This document shows, piece after piece, positions 17,746 to 27,609 of a stretch of DNA of 64,000 nucleotides (its first letter is position 1; every line of letters starts with the position of its first letter). Under the pieces are notes generated by a model that was given only the letters and a program-made list of their open reading frames with translations, ran no database searches and was not told the origin of the DNA. The DNA is taken from NCBI GenBank assembly GCA_038239385.1, contig JBBSEV010000016.1, forward strand, positions 14,534 to 78,533, given 5' to 3'. The translations under genes were made by a program, and so were the position numbers. This stretch comes from Chitinophagales bacterium. Its GTDB lineage: Bacteria; Bacteroidota; Bacteroidia; Chitinophagales; Chitinophagaceae.

Positions 17746-19410
17746 TTATGAAAAATTATTTACCTCTTTATATTTTTTATTCATTCTCATTAAATATACA
17801 ATTACATGCAAAATTGAAAATGCTAACGCAAAAATGAATAAACCAGTGTCAGGCTCAGTTGAAGTAGCATGATGTAGTAAAGCCACAACAACAAGTAATG
17901 CTGCTAAGCCTAATCCACAATAAGAAACAATTCTGTTGCTCCTGCTATAAGTGGTATTAGTATGATCTGAAAGAGCGCTATGTTTAATACCATAAAAAAT
18001 ATAAAGATCAAAGCCTATTAACATCCATACTAACAATCTTATCCAGGTATCTAATGGTAAAAAAACCATCATAAACAAACAGGTGCAAATACCTAAAATA
18101 GGAACGAGTGGAACTAATGGTGTTTTAAATGCCCTGGGAATTTCTGGTTGTTTTACTCTTAAAATCCAAATTCCAATGCAAACTAGTATAAAAGCAAAAA
18201 GCGTTCCTATACTGGTCATTTCACCCACGACTCTCGCCGGTACAAATGCGGCAAAGAGGCTCACAAACAACATAAAAAGTAAATTGGATTTTGCAGGTGT
18301 TCTAAATTTAGAATGCAGTTTGTGAAAAACGGGCGGAAGCAAACCGTCCTTACTCATTGAAAAAAATACACGTGACTGTCCCAGTAACATTACAAGAATT
18401 ACTGATGAATAACCTCCAAGGATCGCAACAATAATTGCCCTGTTCAACCAGGGATAATCGGGATGCAAACTACCATTTGCATCAACCGTACCCATGTGGT
18501 CAATAGCAACACCTACAGGAGCAATTCCATCTTTTCCTGCAAAGGATGTATAATTGGTTACTCCTGTCATAACATGTGCAAATAGAATGTATAGAATAGT
18601 ACATATCGCCAGAGAGCCAAGTATTCCAATTGGCATATCCCTTTTTGGATTTTTGGCTTCCTGGGCAGCTGTTGAGACTGCGTCGAAACCTATATAGGCG
18701 AAGAAGACTATTGCAGCAGCTCTTATTATTCCACTAAATCCAAAATGGCCAAACTCGCCTGTATTATCAGGAATATACGGGTGATAATTGGTGGTGTTTA
18801 TATATCTCCATCCAAGTATAATAAAAATAAGCACCACAGTAACTTTCAATCCTACAATAATTGCATTTACTGTTGCACTTTCACTGGTTCCCTTTATTAA
18901 TAATAAACTTACTAGTACAACAATCGTAACTGCCGGTAAATTTATCATTCCACCATCCCATGGCCCGGTCATCATTTCTGATGGAAGATGAACATTAAAG
19001 CCTTCAAGAAATTTTGCGAAATACCTGCTCCAGCTTATGGCCACCGTAGCTGCCCCTACTGCATATTCTAATACAAGATCCCAACCTATGATCCATGCAA
19101 TAAATTCTCCCATGGTTGCATAAGAATAAGTATAAGCACTTCCTGCAACCGGGATCATAGACGCAAATTCAGCATAACATAATCCGGCAAATGCGCAGCC
19201 AAACCCTGCAACTACAAATGATATAGTTATAGCTGGCCCGGCATTAGTTGCCGCTGCAAGGCCGGTTATTGAAAAAAGCCCGGCACCTATAACAGCACCT
19301 ATACCCAGGGCAATTAATGACCAGGGGCCTAAAGTCTTCTTTAAGCCTTTTTCAGTTTCACCTGCTTCAGCCATTAAAATACTCATTGGCTTTTTTACGA
19401 ATAAACTCAT
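17746..19410 (-). CDS. Amino acid permease (APC superfamily)
   Basis: 554 aa, polytopic. The N-terminal LGPWSLIALGIGAVIGAGLFSITG is typical of APC transporters. Confidence 0.88.
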   Translation of the reverse strand: MSLFVKKPMSILMAEAGETEKGLKKTLGPWSLIALGIGAVIGAGLFSITGLAAATNAGPAITISFVVAGFGCAFAGLCYAEFASMIPVAGSAYTYSYATMGEFIAWIIGWDLVLEYAVGAATVAISWSRYFAKFLEGFNVHLPSEMMTGPWDGGMINLPAVTIVVLVSLLLIKGTSESATVNAIIVGLKVTVVLIFIILGWRYINTTNYHPYIPDNTGEFGHFGFSGIIRAAAIVFFAYIGFDAVSTAAQEAKNPKRDMPIGILGSLAICTILYILFAHVMTGVTNYTSFAGKDGIAPVGVAIDHMGTVDANGSLHPDYPWLNRAIIVAILGGYSSVILVMLLGQSRVFFSMSKDGLLPPVFHKLHSKFRTPAKSNLLFMLFVSLFAAFVPARVVGEMTSIGTLFAFILVCIGIWILRVKQPEIPRAFKTPLVPLVPILGICTCLFMMVFLPLDTWIRLLVWMLIGFDLYIFYGIKHSALSDHTNTTYSRSNRIVSYCGLGLAALLVVVALLHHATSTEPDTGLFIFALAFSILHVIVYLMRMNKKYKEVNNFS

Positions 19411-19550
19411 AGGTAAATTGTTTATTGAAATAAATAATAGAGTGGAAAAGTAAGGAATAAATTTTTAAAAAATTTAACCCTTGTTTAAATTTCGAATGCC
19501 GGGGTAGATAACTCTCATTAAATATTATATTGCAACCTATTATTTTTTAT

Positions 19551-20798
19551 ATGATATCAATTCCATCAAATAAAAACCGGCTTACTATTTATATACTAAT
19601 AGCAATGATTGCAGGTGTTTTACTTGGGTATTTTGTTCATGAAAAGTCTTCTCCTGAATTTATAACTTCATTTTCTACGAATATAAAATTGCTTACAACC
19701 ATTTTTTTAAGGCTTGTGCAAATGATAATAGCTCCGCTAGTTTTTTCTACGTTAGTTGTTGGTATTGCAAAGCTGGGAGATTTAAAAACCGTTGGGCGCA
19801 TTGGAGGCAAGGCGTTATTGTGGTTTGTTTCTGCATCGCTGGTAAGCCTTTTGATAGGCTTGGTACTGGTAAATTTTTTTAAACCCGGTGCTGCAATCAA
19901 TCTAAATATAGCCGATGCTTCCGGTGCAAAAGACCTGATGACAAATACCCACCAGTTCTCCTTATTAAATTTTGTAGAACATGTTTTTCCTAAAAGTATT
20001 TTTGAATCAATGGCGAATAACGAAATATTACAGATTGTAATATTCAGCGTATTTTTTGGCGTGGCAGCTACTGCAATAGGGGATTATGCAAAGCCTGTTA
20101 TAAAAGCGCTGGAAGGCGTTTCTCACATCATTTTAAAAATGGTAGGATATGTAATGAACTTTGCTCCACTCGGTGTCTTCGGTGCAATAGCCGCAGTGAT
20201 TGCGACAAAAGGCCTCGAAATATTTAGCTTTTATGGCCGGTATCTTTTATTTTTTGTAATTGGTATTTTTATTCTTTGGACGGTATTGCTTTCAGTAGGG
20301 TACCTTATTTTAAGAAATCGGGTTCCTGCTCTTTTAAAAAGAATAGCGCAACCTTTACTAATTGCATTCAGTACTACAAGCAGCGAAGCTGTTTTCCCCA
20401 AGCTAACGGAAGAGCTTGAACGATTTGGATGCCCTGAAAAAATTGTGGCTTTTACTTTACCACTGGGTTATAGTTTCAACCTTGATGGTAGTATGATGTA
20501 TATGACTTTTGCAAGTATTGCTATAGCCCAGGCTTATGGAATACACATGGATACCGGTACACAAATAACCATGTTGTTGGTATTAATGCTTACCAGCAAG
20601 GGAATTGCCGGTGTGCCACGTGCTTCATTAGTTGTTGTATTGGCTACCTGCAGTATGTTTAATATTCCACCGGAAGGAATAGCATTAATTTTGCCTATTG
20701 ATCATTTTTGCGACATGTTCAGAACTATGACAAATGTATTGGGTAACGCGTTGGCAACTTCAGTAGTAAGCAAATGGGAAGGAGAATTGTCTAATTAA
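19551..20798 (+). CDS. Dicarboxylate/amino acid:cation symporter (DAACS family)
   Basis: Polytopic protein with SSEAVFP, GYSFNLDGS and TSKGIAGVPRASL motifs. ATG at 19551 preferred over the upstream TTG. Confidence 0.88.
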   Translation: MISIPSNKNRLTIYILIAMIAGVLLGYFVHEKSSPEFITSFSTNIKLLTTIFLRLVQMIIAPLVFSTLVVGIAKLGDLKTVGRIGGKALLWFVSASLVSLLIGLVLVNFFKPGAAINLNIADASGAKDLMTNTHQFSLLNFVEHVFPKSIFESMANNEILQIVIFSVFFGVAATAIGDYAKPVIKALEGVSHIILKMVGYVMNFAPLGVFGAIAAVIATKGLEIFSFYGRYLLFFVIGIFILWTVLLSVGYLILRNRVPALLKRIAQPLLIAFSTTSSEAVFPKLTEELERFGCPEKIVAFTLPLGYSFNLDGSMMYMTFASIAIAQAYGIHMDTGTQITMLLVLMLTSKGIAGVPRASLVVVLATCSMFNIPPEGIALILPIDHFCDMFRTMTNVLGNALATSVVSKWEGELSN

Positions 20799-20815
20799 AA
20801 TTTAAAAATAAATCA

Positions 20816-21538
20816 GTGGAATTATTGACCATTTTAGGAATAGACGTTAAAGAACTTTTGAATCCGCAATTTTATATTCAGCATGGTGGATTATGGATGA
20901 TACTTTTTATAGTATTTGCAGAAACAGGTTTATTTGCCGGATTTTTTTTACCGGGCGATGCCTTGCTTTTTGTTACCGGTATTTTCAGCGATTCTATTGT
21001 TAGCGCTGCATTATTTCATTCCAATAATCAATGGGTTAATCTTGGTATTTTATGGGTACTAATTTCTATTGCCGGTATTTTAGGAAACGTAGTAGGATAC
21101 TGGTTTGGAAGAAAAAGCGGCCCATTTTTATTTGAAAGAAAGGATACATTTTTATTCAAGAAAAAATATCTGACGCAGGCAAATGAGTTCTACGAAAAAA
21201 ACGGGGGAGGCGCTATTGTATTAGGAAGGTTCGTTCCGTTTGTTCGAACTTTTGCTCCTATAGTTGCCGGCATCGTTCAGATGGACTGGAAAAAATTTAT
21301 CTTCTTTAATATTACCGGTTCAATGCTTTGGGTAGGCAGTATGTTGCTTGGAGGCCATTTTCTTCAAAAACTCTTTATGAAAGAGTTTGATTTTGATCTT
21401 AAGGAACACCTCGAGGTTATTGTTATTAGCATCATTGCTATAACTACTATACCGGTGTTATGGAAAGTTTTCAGTAAAAAAAAGGAACCAAAAAAATTGC
21501 AAAAAGAAAATACACCAAACAGTTCAACATCTCTATGA
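20816..21538 (+). CDS. DedA/VTT-domain membrane protein
   Basis: Motifs FAETGLFAGFFLPGDALLFVTG and GRFVPFVRTFAPIVAG. GTG start. Confidence 0.85.
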   Translation: MELLTILGIDVKELLNPQFYIQHGGLWMILFIVFAETGLFAGFFLPGDALLFVTGIFSDSIVSAALFHSNNQWVNLGILWVLISIAGILGNVVGYWFGRKSGPFLFERKDTFLFKKKYLTQANEFYEKNGGGAIVLGRFVPFVRTFAPIVAGIVQMDWKKFIFFNITGSMLWVGSMLLGGHFLQKLFMKEFDFDLKEHLEVIVISIIAITTIPVLWKVFSKKKEPKKLQKENTPNSSTSL

Positions 21539-22755
21539 ACAATAGGCACACTGCGGTCTTTTCGCTTCCTGTTATTGTTGCAGCATTAGGTTACTTTGTT
21601 GATATATACGACTTGCTGCTTTTTAATATAGTACGAATTCCAAGCCTTCGCTCATTGGGACTTTCTTCTACGGATGTTGATAAGCAGGGCGAATTAATAA
21701 TCGGTATTCAAATGGTAGGTCTCCTAATTGGCGGTATTATTTGGGGGATTATTGGTGATAAAAAAGGCAGGCTGAGTGTTCTGTTTGGCTCAATCATCTT
21801 ATATTCTCTCGCCAATATCGCCAATGGATTTGTACACACAGTTCCTCAATATGCAGTAGCAAGATTTATAGCTGGCATTGGTTTAGCGGGCGAGTTAGGG
21901 GCAGGCATTACCTTGGTTTCAGAACTTTTAAAAAAAGAGCAAAGAGGAATCGGAACTTCACTTGTTGCAGGCATCGGGCTTACAGGTGCGGTTGTTGCTT
22001 TTTTTATTTCACAGAATTATGATTGGAGAGTTTGTTATTTTATTGGTGGCGGATTGGGAATACTCCTGCTGTTTATGCGTGTGAGTATTTTTGAATCCGG
22101 CCTGTATAAATCTCTCGAAAAAAATGTTTCCAAAGGAAATTTTTTAATGTTCTTTAATAACGGAAGGCGATTTAAAAAATATATATGTAGTATTTTATTG
22201 GGCCTTCCTACCTGGTATGTTATAGGTATCCTCATTGCGTTTTCTAATAAGTTTGCAAAAAACTTTGGCATCGCTGGAGATATAAATCCCGGCAAAGCAA
22301 CTATGTATGCATACATTGCTATTTCTATTGGTGATGTGCTCGCAGGATTGCTTAGCCAGTTATTAAAAAGCAGGAAGAAAACATTATATATTTTTTATGC
22401 AATTACGGTTATTATGGTCGCATTGTATTTCTCTCAAAATGAAAGGAGCAGCGCTGCAAATCTTTATTGGATTGCTGCCGGTCTTGGCTTTGCAACAGGC
22501 TTCTGGGCAATATTCGTAACTATGGGAGCGGAGCAGTTCGGGACTAATTTGCGTGCAACTGCAGCAACTACAATTCCTAATATGGTTCGCGGATCATTGC
22601 CATTAATGCTATTACTATTCAATGGTCTCCAGCATTATTTTACTTATACATTAAGCGGCCTTTTAACTGGTATAATAATTATGATAATAACAATTATTGC
22701 CGCCGTAAATACTGAGGAAACTTTTCATAAAGAACTGAATTATGTTGAAGAATAG
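21535..22755 (+). CDS. MFS transporter
   Basis: About 12 TM helices with the GDKKGR loop motif. ATGA overlap with dedA. Confidence 0.8.
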   Translation: MNNRHTAVFSLPVIVAALGYFVDIYDLLLFNIVRIPSLRSLGLSSTDVDKQGELIIGIQMVGLLIGGIIWGIIGDKKGRLSVLFGSIILYSLANIANGFVHTVPQYAVARFIAGIGLAGELGAGITLVSELLKKEQRGIGTSLVAGIGLTGAVVAFFISQNYDWRVCYFIGGGLGILLLFMRVSIFESGLYKSLEKNVSKGNFLMFFNNGRRFKKYICSILLGLPTWYVIGILIAFSNKFAKNFGIAGDINPGKATMYAYIAISIGDVLAGLLSQLLKSRKKTLYIFYAITVIMVALYFSQNERSSAANLYWIAAGLGFATGFWAIFVTMGAEQFGTNLRATAATTIPNMVRGSLPLMLLLFNGLQHYFTYTLSGLLTGIIIMIITIIAAVNTEETFHKELNYVEE

Positions 22756-22887
22756 ACACCTCTTCCAGAGGACTGTTTTAAGGTAAAGTGAATAAAGGAA
22801 AAAAAATAATTGGATGTACTTTTGAAAGTGTAATTACTAACGAATTGTTTTTCATTAGGCGAAGCTCAAAAATAAAAAGTCCAATAA

Positions 22888-23934
22888 TTGATTAACAAAA
22901 ACCTTCAAAAAAAAATAGATAAGAGTTTAATTCCCCCTTTTGGAGGTAGGAGACCCAAATTCCTTATCATTCGGTTTTCTTCTATTGGAGATATCGTTCT
23001 AACTACCCCCGTTGTTCGTTGCCTTAAAAAAAAATACCCTGATTGTGAAATTCATTATTTGACAAAAAAAAATTTTACAGGTATTGTTGAGTCAAACCCA
23101 AACGTGACAAAAGTATATCGTCTTAAAAACGATCTCAACGAAAATATTAAACAATTAAAGAATGAAAATTTTGATCACATAATTGACCTCCAGCACAACT
23201 TTAGAACATTACGTATAAAAAGAGCATTTAAAAGAATTCCATTTCATTCTTTCAATAAACTAAATAAGCAGAAATGGATATACACAAATTTTAAAATCAA
23301 CCTAATGCCTCACAAACATATTGTTGACAGGTACATGGCAACAGTGGAATCATTAGGCGTCGTAAATGATGGGGCAGGGTTAGAATATTTTATACCTGAA
23401 AACGATATTGTAAAAGACGAAGACATTCCTTTTTCTCATTCGCAAGGCTATATTGCTATTGTAATCGGCGCCGCTCATAGCACCAAGAAATTGCCAAAAA
23501 ACAAATTGACAGAGCTGTGCAACCTAATTGAATATCCAATAATTTTACTAGGGGGAAATGAAGATTTTTATGATGGACTGGAAATTTCAAAAGTTGATCC
23601 CGTAAAAATTTACAATGCCTGCGGCAAATTCAAATTGAATGAATCGGCCGATATTATCAGGCGTTCAAAGATGGCGATAAGCCATGATACAGGCCTTATG
23701 CATATTGCAGCAGCATTCAAAAAAAATATCCTTTCCGTTTGGGGGAACACGGTTCCTTCATTCGGCATGTATCCCTACCAAACTCTTTATGAAACATTCC
23801 AGGTAAACAAATTATGGTGCAGGCCATGTAGTAAAATTGGTTATGATAAATGCCCTCTTGGACATTTTAAATGCATGAAAAATCAATCAATAAATGCAAT
23901 AGCTGCAAGTGTGCATGCCTTCGTAAAAAAATAA
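22888..23934 (+). CDS. Glycosyltransferase family 9 (heptosyltransferase-like)
   Basis: Motifs LIIRFSSIGDIVLTTPVVRCLKKKYP and HDTGLMHIAAAF. The only in-frame start upstream of the conserved N-terminus is the TTG at 22888. Confidence 0.8.
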   Translation: MINKNLQKKIDKSLIPPFGGRRPKFLIIRFSSIGDIVLTTPVVRCLKKKYPDCEIHYLTKKNFTGIVESNPNVTKVYRLKNDLNENIKQLKNENFDHIIDLQHNFRTLRIKRAFKRIPFHSFNKLNKQKWIYTNFKINLMPHKHIVDRYMATVESLGVVNDGAGLEYFIPENDIVKDEDIPFSHSQGYIAIVIGAAHSTKKLPKNKLTELCNLIEYPIILLGGNEDFYDGLEISKVDPVKIYNACGKFKLNESADIIRRSKMAISHDTGLMHIAAAFKKNILSVWGNTVPSFGMYPYQTLYETFQVNKLWCRPCSKIGYDKCPLGHFKCMKNQSINAIAASVHAFVKK

Positions 23935-24043
23935 TATCGAAATGCTTTAAATATTGCTCCATATCCTTCAGAAAAGGGTTGGAGTGAGGTTTAACTTTTT
24001 ATATTAAATCCTATGTTCATTTTTGCAGCGTAATTATGCTCAA

Positions 24044-24643
24044 ATGAAACCCTATATTTTTTTATTAGCCTTCTTTACACTTTCCTCTCAATGCTTTTCT
24101 CAAAAAGTAATTGTACATGCATCAATAGAAAATAAAAAAGCAACTGCTAATAACGATACTATGTACTATGATTTTAACCGGCAACTTACCTGGAGTGATT
24201 TTAAAGGTAAGCCAGTTGAAAATCATTTTGGAGGTGCAGTTACAGCATCCGGTTTTGCATTTAATTCAAAAATGAATTTTGACGGCAGAAATATTTATCT
24301 GGATATTGAAGTATACACTTTCTTTATAAAACATGAATCGTGGAAAAAGCCTCAGATCAATTCTGATTATCACTTACTGCATGAGCAGCACCATTTTGAT
24401 ATCACAAGACTTGGCGCTGAAAAATTAATAGGGGAATTGGCAAAAGCAAATTTCACTAAGGACAATTACAATTCATTGCTTACTTCTACGTTTGAAAAAG
24501 CTTATAAAGAAAACTCAGATACTCAGCGCCAATACGACACTGAAACCAAACATAGTATTGATAGCGCAAAACAGCAGGAGTGGAATGAAAAGATTGCCGA
24601 TGAAATAAAAAAATTAAAAGAAAGTATTCTTGTCAAAAACTAA
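24044..24643 (+). CDS. Secreted DUF922-like putative Zn-protease
   Basis: Signal peptide from the ATG at 24044 (MKPYIFLLAFFTLSSQCFSQ). The motif LLHEQHHFDI is as I recall for DUF922. Confidence 0.55.
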   Translation: MKPYIFLLAFFTLSSQCFSQKVIVHASIENKKATANNDTMYYDFNRQLTWSDFKGKPVENHFGGAVTASGFAFNSKMNFDGRNIYLDIEVYTFFIKHESWKKPQINSDYHLLHEQHHFDITRLGAEKLIGELAKANFTKDNYNSLLTSTFEKAYKENSDTQRQYDTETKHSIDSAKQQEWNEKIADEIKKLKESILVKN

Positions 24644-24712
24644 ATCTCCTCATTTAGATTCACCATTAAAATTGGAATCTTCAATTCGTGCCTAACTTCA
24701 TTTACCGCTGAT
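24640..24712 (-). pseudogene. Diverged relic copy of the 3' end of the mntH-USP gene
   Basis: The minus-strand reading gives ...AVNEVRHELKIPILMVNLNEEI*. The live gene's C-terminus, 128 nt further right, reads TVNTVRHELKIPILMVNLKDEI*. The 41-nt core (24653-24693 versus 24781-24821) differs at 2 positions. Confidence 0.7.
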
Positions 24713-24752
24713 GTGGGCGGTGTCTTCACCGCCCACGGAGGGCTTCCCTCTT
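24713..24752. other. Two adjacent GC-rich hairpins in an AT-rich intergenic region
   Basis: gtgggcggtg-tctt-caccgcccac (24713-24736) is followed by gaggg-ctt-ccctc (about 24739-24751). Neither strand has a clear T tract. Confidence 0.6.
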
Positions 24753-24767
24753 TGAAATAAATCAAAA

Positions 24768-26714
24768 TTAAATTTCGTCTTTTAGATTCACCATTAAAAT
24801 TGGGATCTTCAATTCATGCCTCACTGTGTTCACGGTTTCCCCGTATATCAAATCTTTAATCCCTGTATGCCCATGGGCGCCTACTACCAACATATCTGCC
24901 TTACTCTCCCTTACAAACTTCACAATCTCCTTAGCCCTGTTTCTAAAACCCAGTTTACCTTCAGCTTCGTATCCTCTTTCTTTTAACTGATCTACAAAAA
25001 AAGTAAGCCTTTCCGAATCTTTTTTTGTTTCGTAATCATCTGTTTCCTTGCCTAGTAAAATGGCGGTGGCACTTTCAACAATATGTATCAGTAAAAATTG
25101 GGTATTCTGCCTTGCCTGCCCGATTGCTGAAGCGAGCAGCCTGGCATCGTTTTCACTAAAATCCAGGGCAACGGCTATCTTTTTATATACCGGTACATCA
25201 AGATTTATCAAGCCTGTTATGTCAGGGTGCATTTGTATGGAAACTGATTTTTTTCTTTTGCCCAATAAAGGAAAAATAAAGGCGTAAACTAAAAGTAATC
25301 CAAAGAGTAGCCCTGCAAGAACAATAGCAACTTTCCCAATGATACTGTCGGAGGTTTCAAAATATTTTGTGGCCTCATCAATTACCAGCTTCACGTTAAG
25401 GTAAACAAGGATACAAGCAACCAGCCATGCTAAAAATTGAATAATTGGTTTGATAGCAAACGATCCCATGGTTTTTTTATCACTCACAAAATGTATTAAT
25501 GGTATTACTGCGAATCCTAATTGCAGGCTTAATATTACCTGGCTAAAAATTAAAAGGCTATCTATTTTACTTTCACCAAAAAGCCCAATTACAATTATTG
25601 CAGGAATGATCGCTAATAAACGGGTTATTAATCTTCTTATAACCGGGTTGATGCGCAACTGTAAATATCCTTCCATAATAATTTGCCCGGCTAATGTTCC
25701 CGTGATGGTTGAACTTTGCCCTGATGCGATAAGAGCAATAGCAAATAAAGTGGATGCAACAGTAGACCCGAGCATTGGAGATAGTAATTCATGAGCTTTT
25801 TTTATTTCGCCTACATCAGTCCTACCTGTGGTAAAAAATACTGCGGCTGCCAATATGAGAATGGCGGCATTAATCAGGAAAGCAAAATTTAAAGCTATTG
25901 CTGTATCAACAAAGCTCCATTTCAGTGCCTGTTTAATACCTTGTTTATTTTTTTGAATTTTCCTGGTTTGTACAAGGGAAGAATGTAGATATAGATTATG
26001 CGGCATTACGGTAGCACCTATAATCCCGATAGCAAGGTATAAGGCTGTTTCCTTTGGCAGTGCGTTACTCATAGCTTTTGCTGCATATAAATCTTTAGCC
26101 TCGGGCAACGAAGGAATAAATCCTTTTAATACTTCATAAAGTTGTGGTTGTGCAATAATAACATTCACAAGAAAACAAATGCCTATCACTGCTATTAGTG
26201 TAATTATAAAAGCTTCCATTTTGCGGATGCCCATTCTCTGCAGGTAGAGTAATAAAAAAGTATCTAATACGGTAATGGATACACCCCATATCAAAGGCAG
26301 GCCTGTAAGCAATTGTATGCCAATAGCCATACCCAGTACTTCGGCAAGATCGCAGGCTGCTATCGCAATCTCAGCAAGAATGTATAGCATGAAATTTACA
26401 ACCTTAGGGTAAGTCTCCCTGTTAGCCTGCGCAAGGTCCCTGCCTCTTACAATGCCTAATCTGGCGCTTAAACTTTGAAGAAGCAGCGCCATAAGATTAC
26501 TCATAAGCAGCACCCATATTAATGTGTAGCCATACTTACTTCCGCCGGCAAGGTCTGTTGCCCAATTGCCGGGATCCATGTAACCTACACTTACCAGGTA
26601 AGCTGGCCCAAAAAAAGCAAATGCTCTTCTCCATCCGGTTTTTGTGGAACTGATGTCAACCGTTTCATGAACTTCACTTAATGAATTTCCCTGCTTTAAT
26701 TTATTAATCATCAT
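24768..26714 (-). CDS. mntH: Nramp divalent metal (Mn2+/Fe2+) transporter fused to a C-terminal universal stress protein domain
   Basis: The Nramp signature DPGNWATDLAGG plus polytopic body, then a USP domain in the last ~140 aa (KKIAVALDFS...LVVGAHGHTGIKDLIYGETVN...IPILMV). ATG at 26714 preferred; it overlaps the mntR stop by 11 nt. Confidence 0.9.
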   Translation of the reverse strand: MMINKLKQGNSLSEVHETVDISSTKTGWRRAFAFFGPAYLVSVGYMDPGNWATDLAGGSKYGYTLIWVLLMSNLMALLLQSLSARLGIVRGRDLAQANRETYPKVVNFMLYILAEIAIAACDLAEVLGMAIGIQLLTGLPLIWGVSITVLDTFLLLYLQRMGIRKMEAFIITLIAVIGICFLVNVIIAQPQLYEVLKGFIPSLPEAKDLYAAKAMSNALPKETALYLAIGIIGATVMPHNLYLHSSLVQTRKIQKNKQGIKQALKWSFVDTAIALNFAFLINAAILILAAAVFFTTGRTDVGEIKKAHELLSPMLGSTVASTLFAIALIASGQSSTITGTLAGQIIMEGYLQLRINPVIRRLITRLLAIIPAIIVIGLFGESKIDSLLIFSQVILSLQLGFAVIPLIHFVSDKKTMGSFAIKPIIQFLAWLVACILVYLNVKLVIDEATKYFETSDSIIGKVAIVLAGLLFGLLLVYAFIFPLLGKRKKSVSIQMHPDITGLINLDVPVYKKIAVALDFSENDARLLASAIGQARQNTQFLLIHIVESATAILLGKETDDYETKKDSERLTFFVDQLKERGYEAEGKLGFRNRAKEIVKFVRESKADMLVVGAHGHTGIKDLIYGETVNTVRHELKIPILMVNLKDEI

Positions 26715-27363
26715 AAACAAATATATTTTGTGCAAACCCGCTGCTGATAACGCAGGCTGATTGTTTGGAAATTTTTACCTGTAGGGAACCATCAAAATCA
26801 AATGATTTCAATATTCTTATTTGGGACCCTATGCCAATACCATAATGGTTCAGCATTTTCATCATCTCACTTGTTTGATTACTTACGGAGCTTACAATAC
26901 CATTTTTTTTAAGGGAAAAATTATTAAGGGCAACTTGTTTCAATTCAGCAATGTCTCCTTTTTCGTCGGGTATAGGATCTCCATGCGGATCAATCTTCGG
27001 CTGCCCCAGGTATTGATCTAGTTTTTTTATAAGATCTATACTGCTCACATGCTCCAGTTCTTCTGCAATAACATGAACTTTATCCCATTCCATACCCAGC
27101 TTGCTTACTAAAAAAAATTCCCAAAGCCGGTGCCTTCTTATAATCTTAAGCGCTTCTTTATTACCTGCTTCATTAAGCCTGAAACCATAGTAGCGTTTGT
27201 ATTCAAGTAATTTTTTTGATTTCAGTTTTTTTAGCATATCTGTTACCGAGGCGGCTGTAGTATTTACATAGGCAGCCAAAGAATTGGTATTTACTTTTTC
27301 AGTTTTTGCCTGCAGTGTATAAATACTTTTTATATAGTTTTCTTCGCTTTCTGAAAGTTTCAC
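26704..27363 (-). CDS. mntR: DtxR/MntR family metal-dependent repressor with a FeoA/SH3-like C-terminal domain
   Basis: Motifs SESEENYIKSIY, RLWEFFL and HVIAEELEHV, followed by a C-terminal FeoA-like domain. GTG start. Confidence 0.88.
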   Translation of the reverse strand: MKLSESEENYIKSIYTLQAKTEKVNTNSLAAYVNTTAASVTDMLKKLKSKKLLEYKRYYGFRLNEAGNKEALKIIRRHRLWEFFLVSKLGMEWDKVHVIAEELEHVSSIDLIKKLDQYLGQPKIDPHGDPIPDEKGDIAELKQVALNNFSLKKNGIVSSVSNQTSEMMKMLNHYGIGIGSQIRILKSFDFDGSLQVKISKQSACVISSGFAQNIFVYDD

Positions 27364-27378
27364 TGTGTTTAAAAATTA

Positions 27379-27396
27379 TTTTAGACAAATCTAAAA
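27379..27396. promoter_or_regulatory. Candidate MntR operator overlapping the mntR -7 box
   Basis: Inverted repeat ttttaga-caaa-tctaaaa. Its centre contains plus-strand caaatcta (TAGATTTG on the minus strand, matching TAnnTTTG), 23 nt upstream of the GTG at 27363. Confidence 0.5.
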
Positions 27397-27609
27397 ATTT
27401 AATTTGGTATAACGAAAAATTTATTTGAAATCTATATTTTATTTATTTAAGAAGTGGGTAACCTTTCTATTCATATCATAATAATTTTTACTTTAATGGA
27501 ATAAGCAAAGAAATTAAACGTCTAATGTTGACATTTCTAAGTCTTCAACACCCTTTTTTTTAAATTTTACTTATATCTTGCGCCCTCATTAAATTTGATA
27601 AGCATATTT

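Noticed and set aside
24713-24752. GC-rich hairpins as a canonical bidirectional rho-independent terminator.
   Set aside because: Neither strand has a T tract directly after the stems, so I report them only as structured or possibly mobile sequence.
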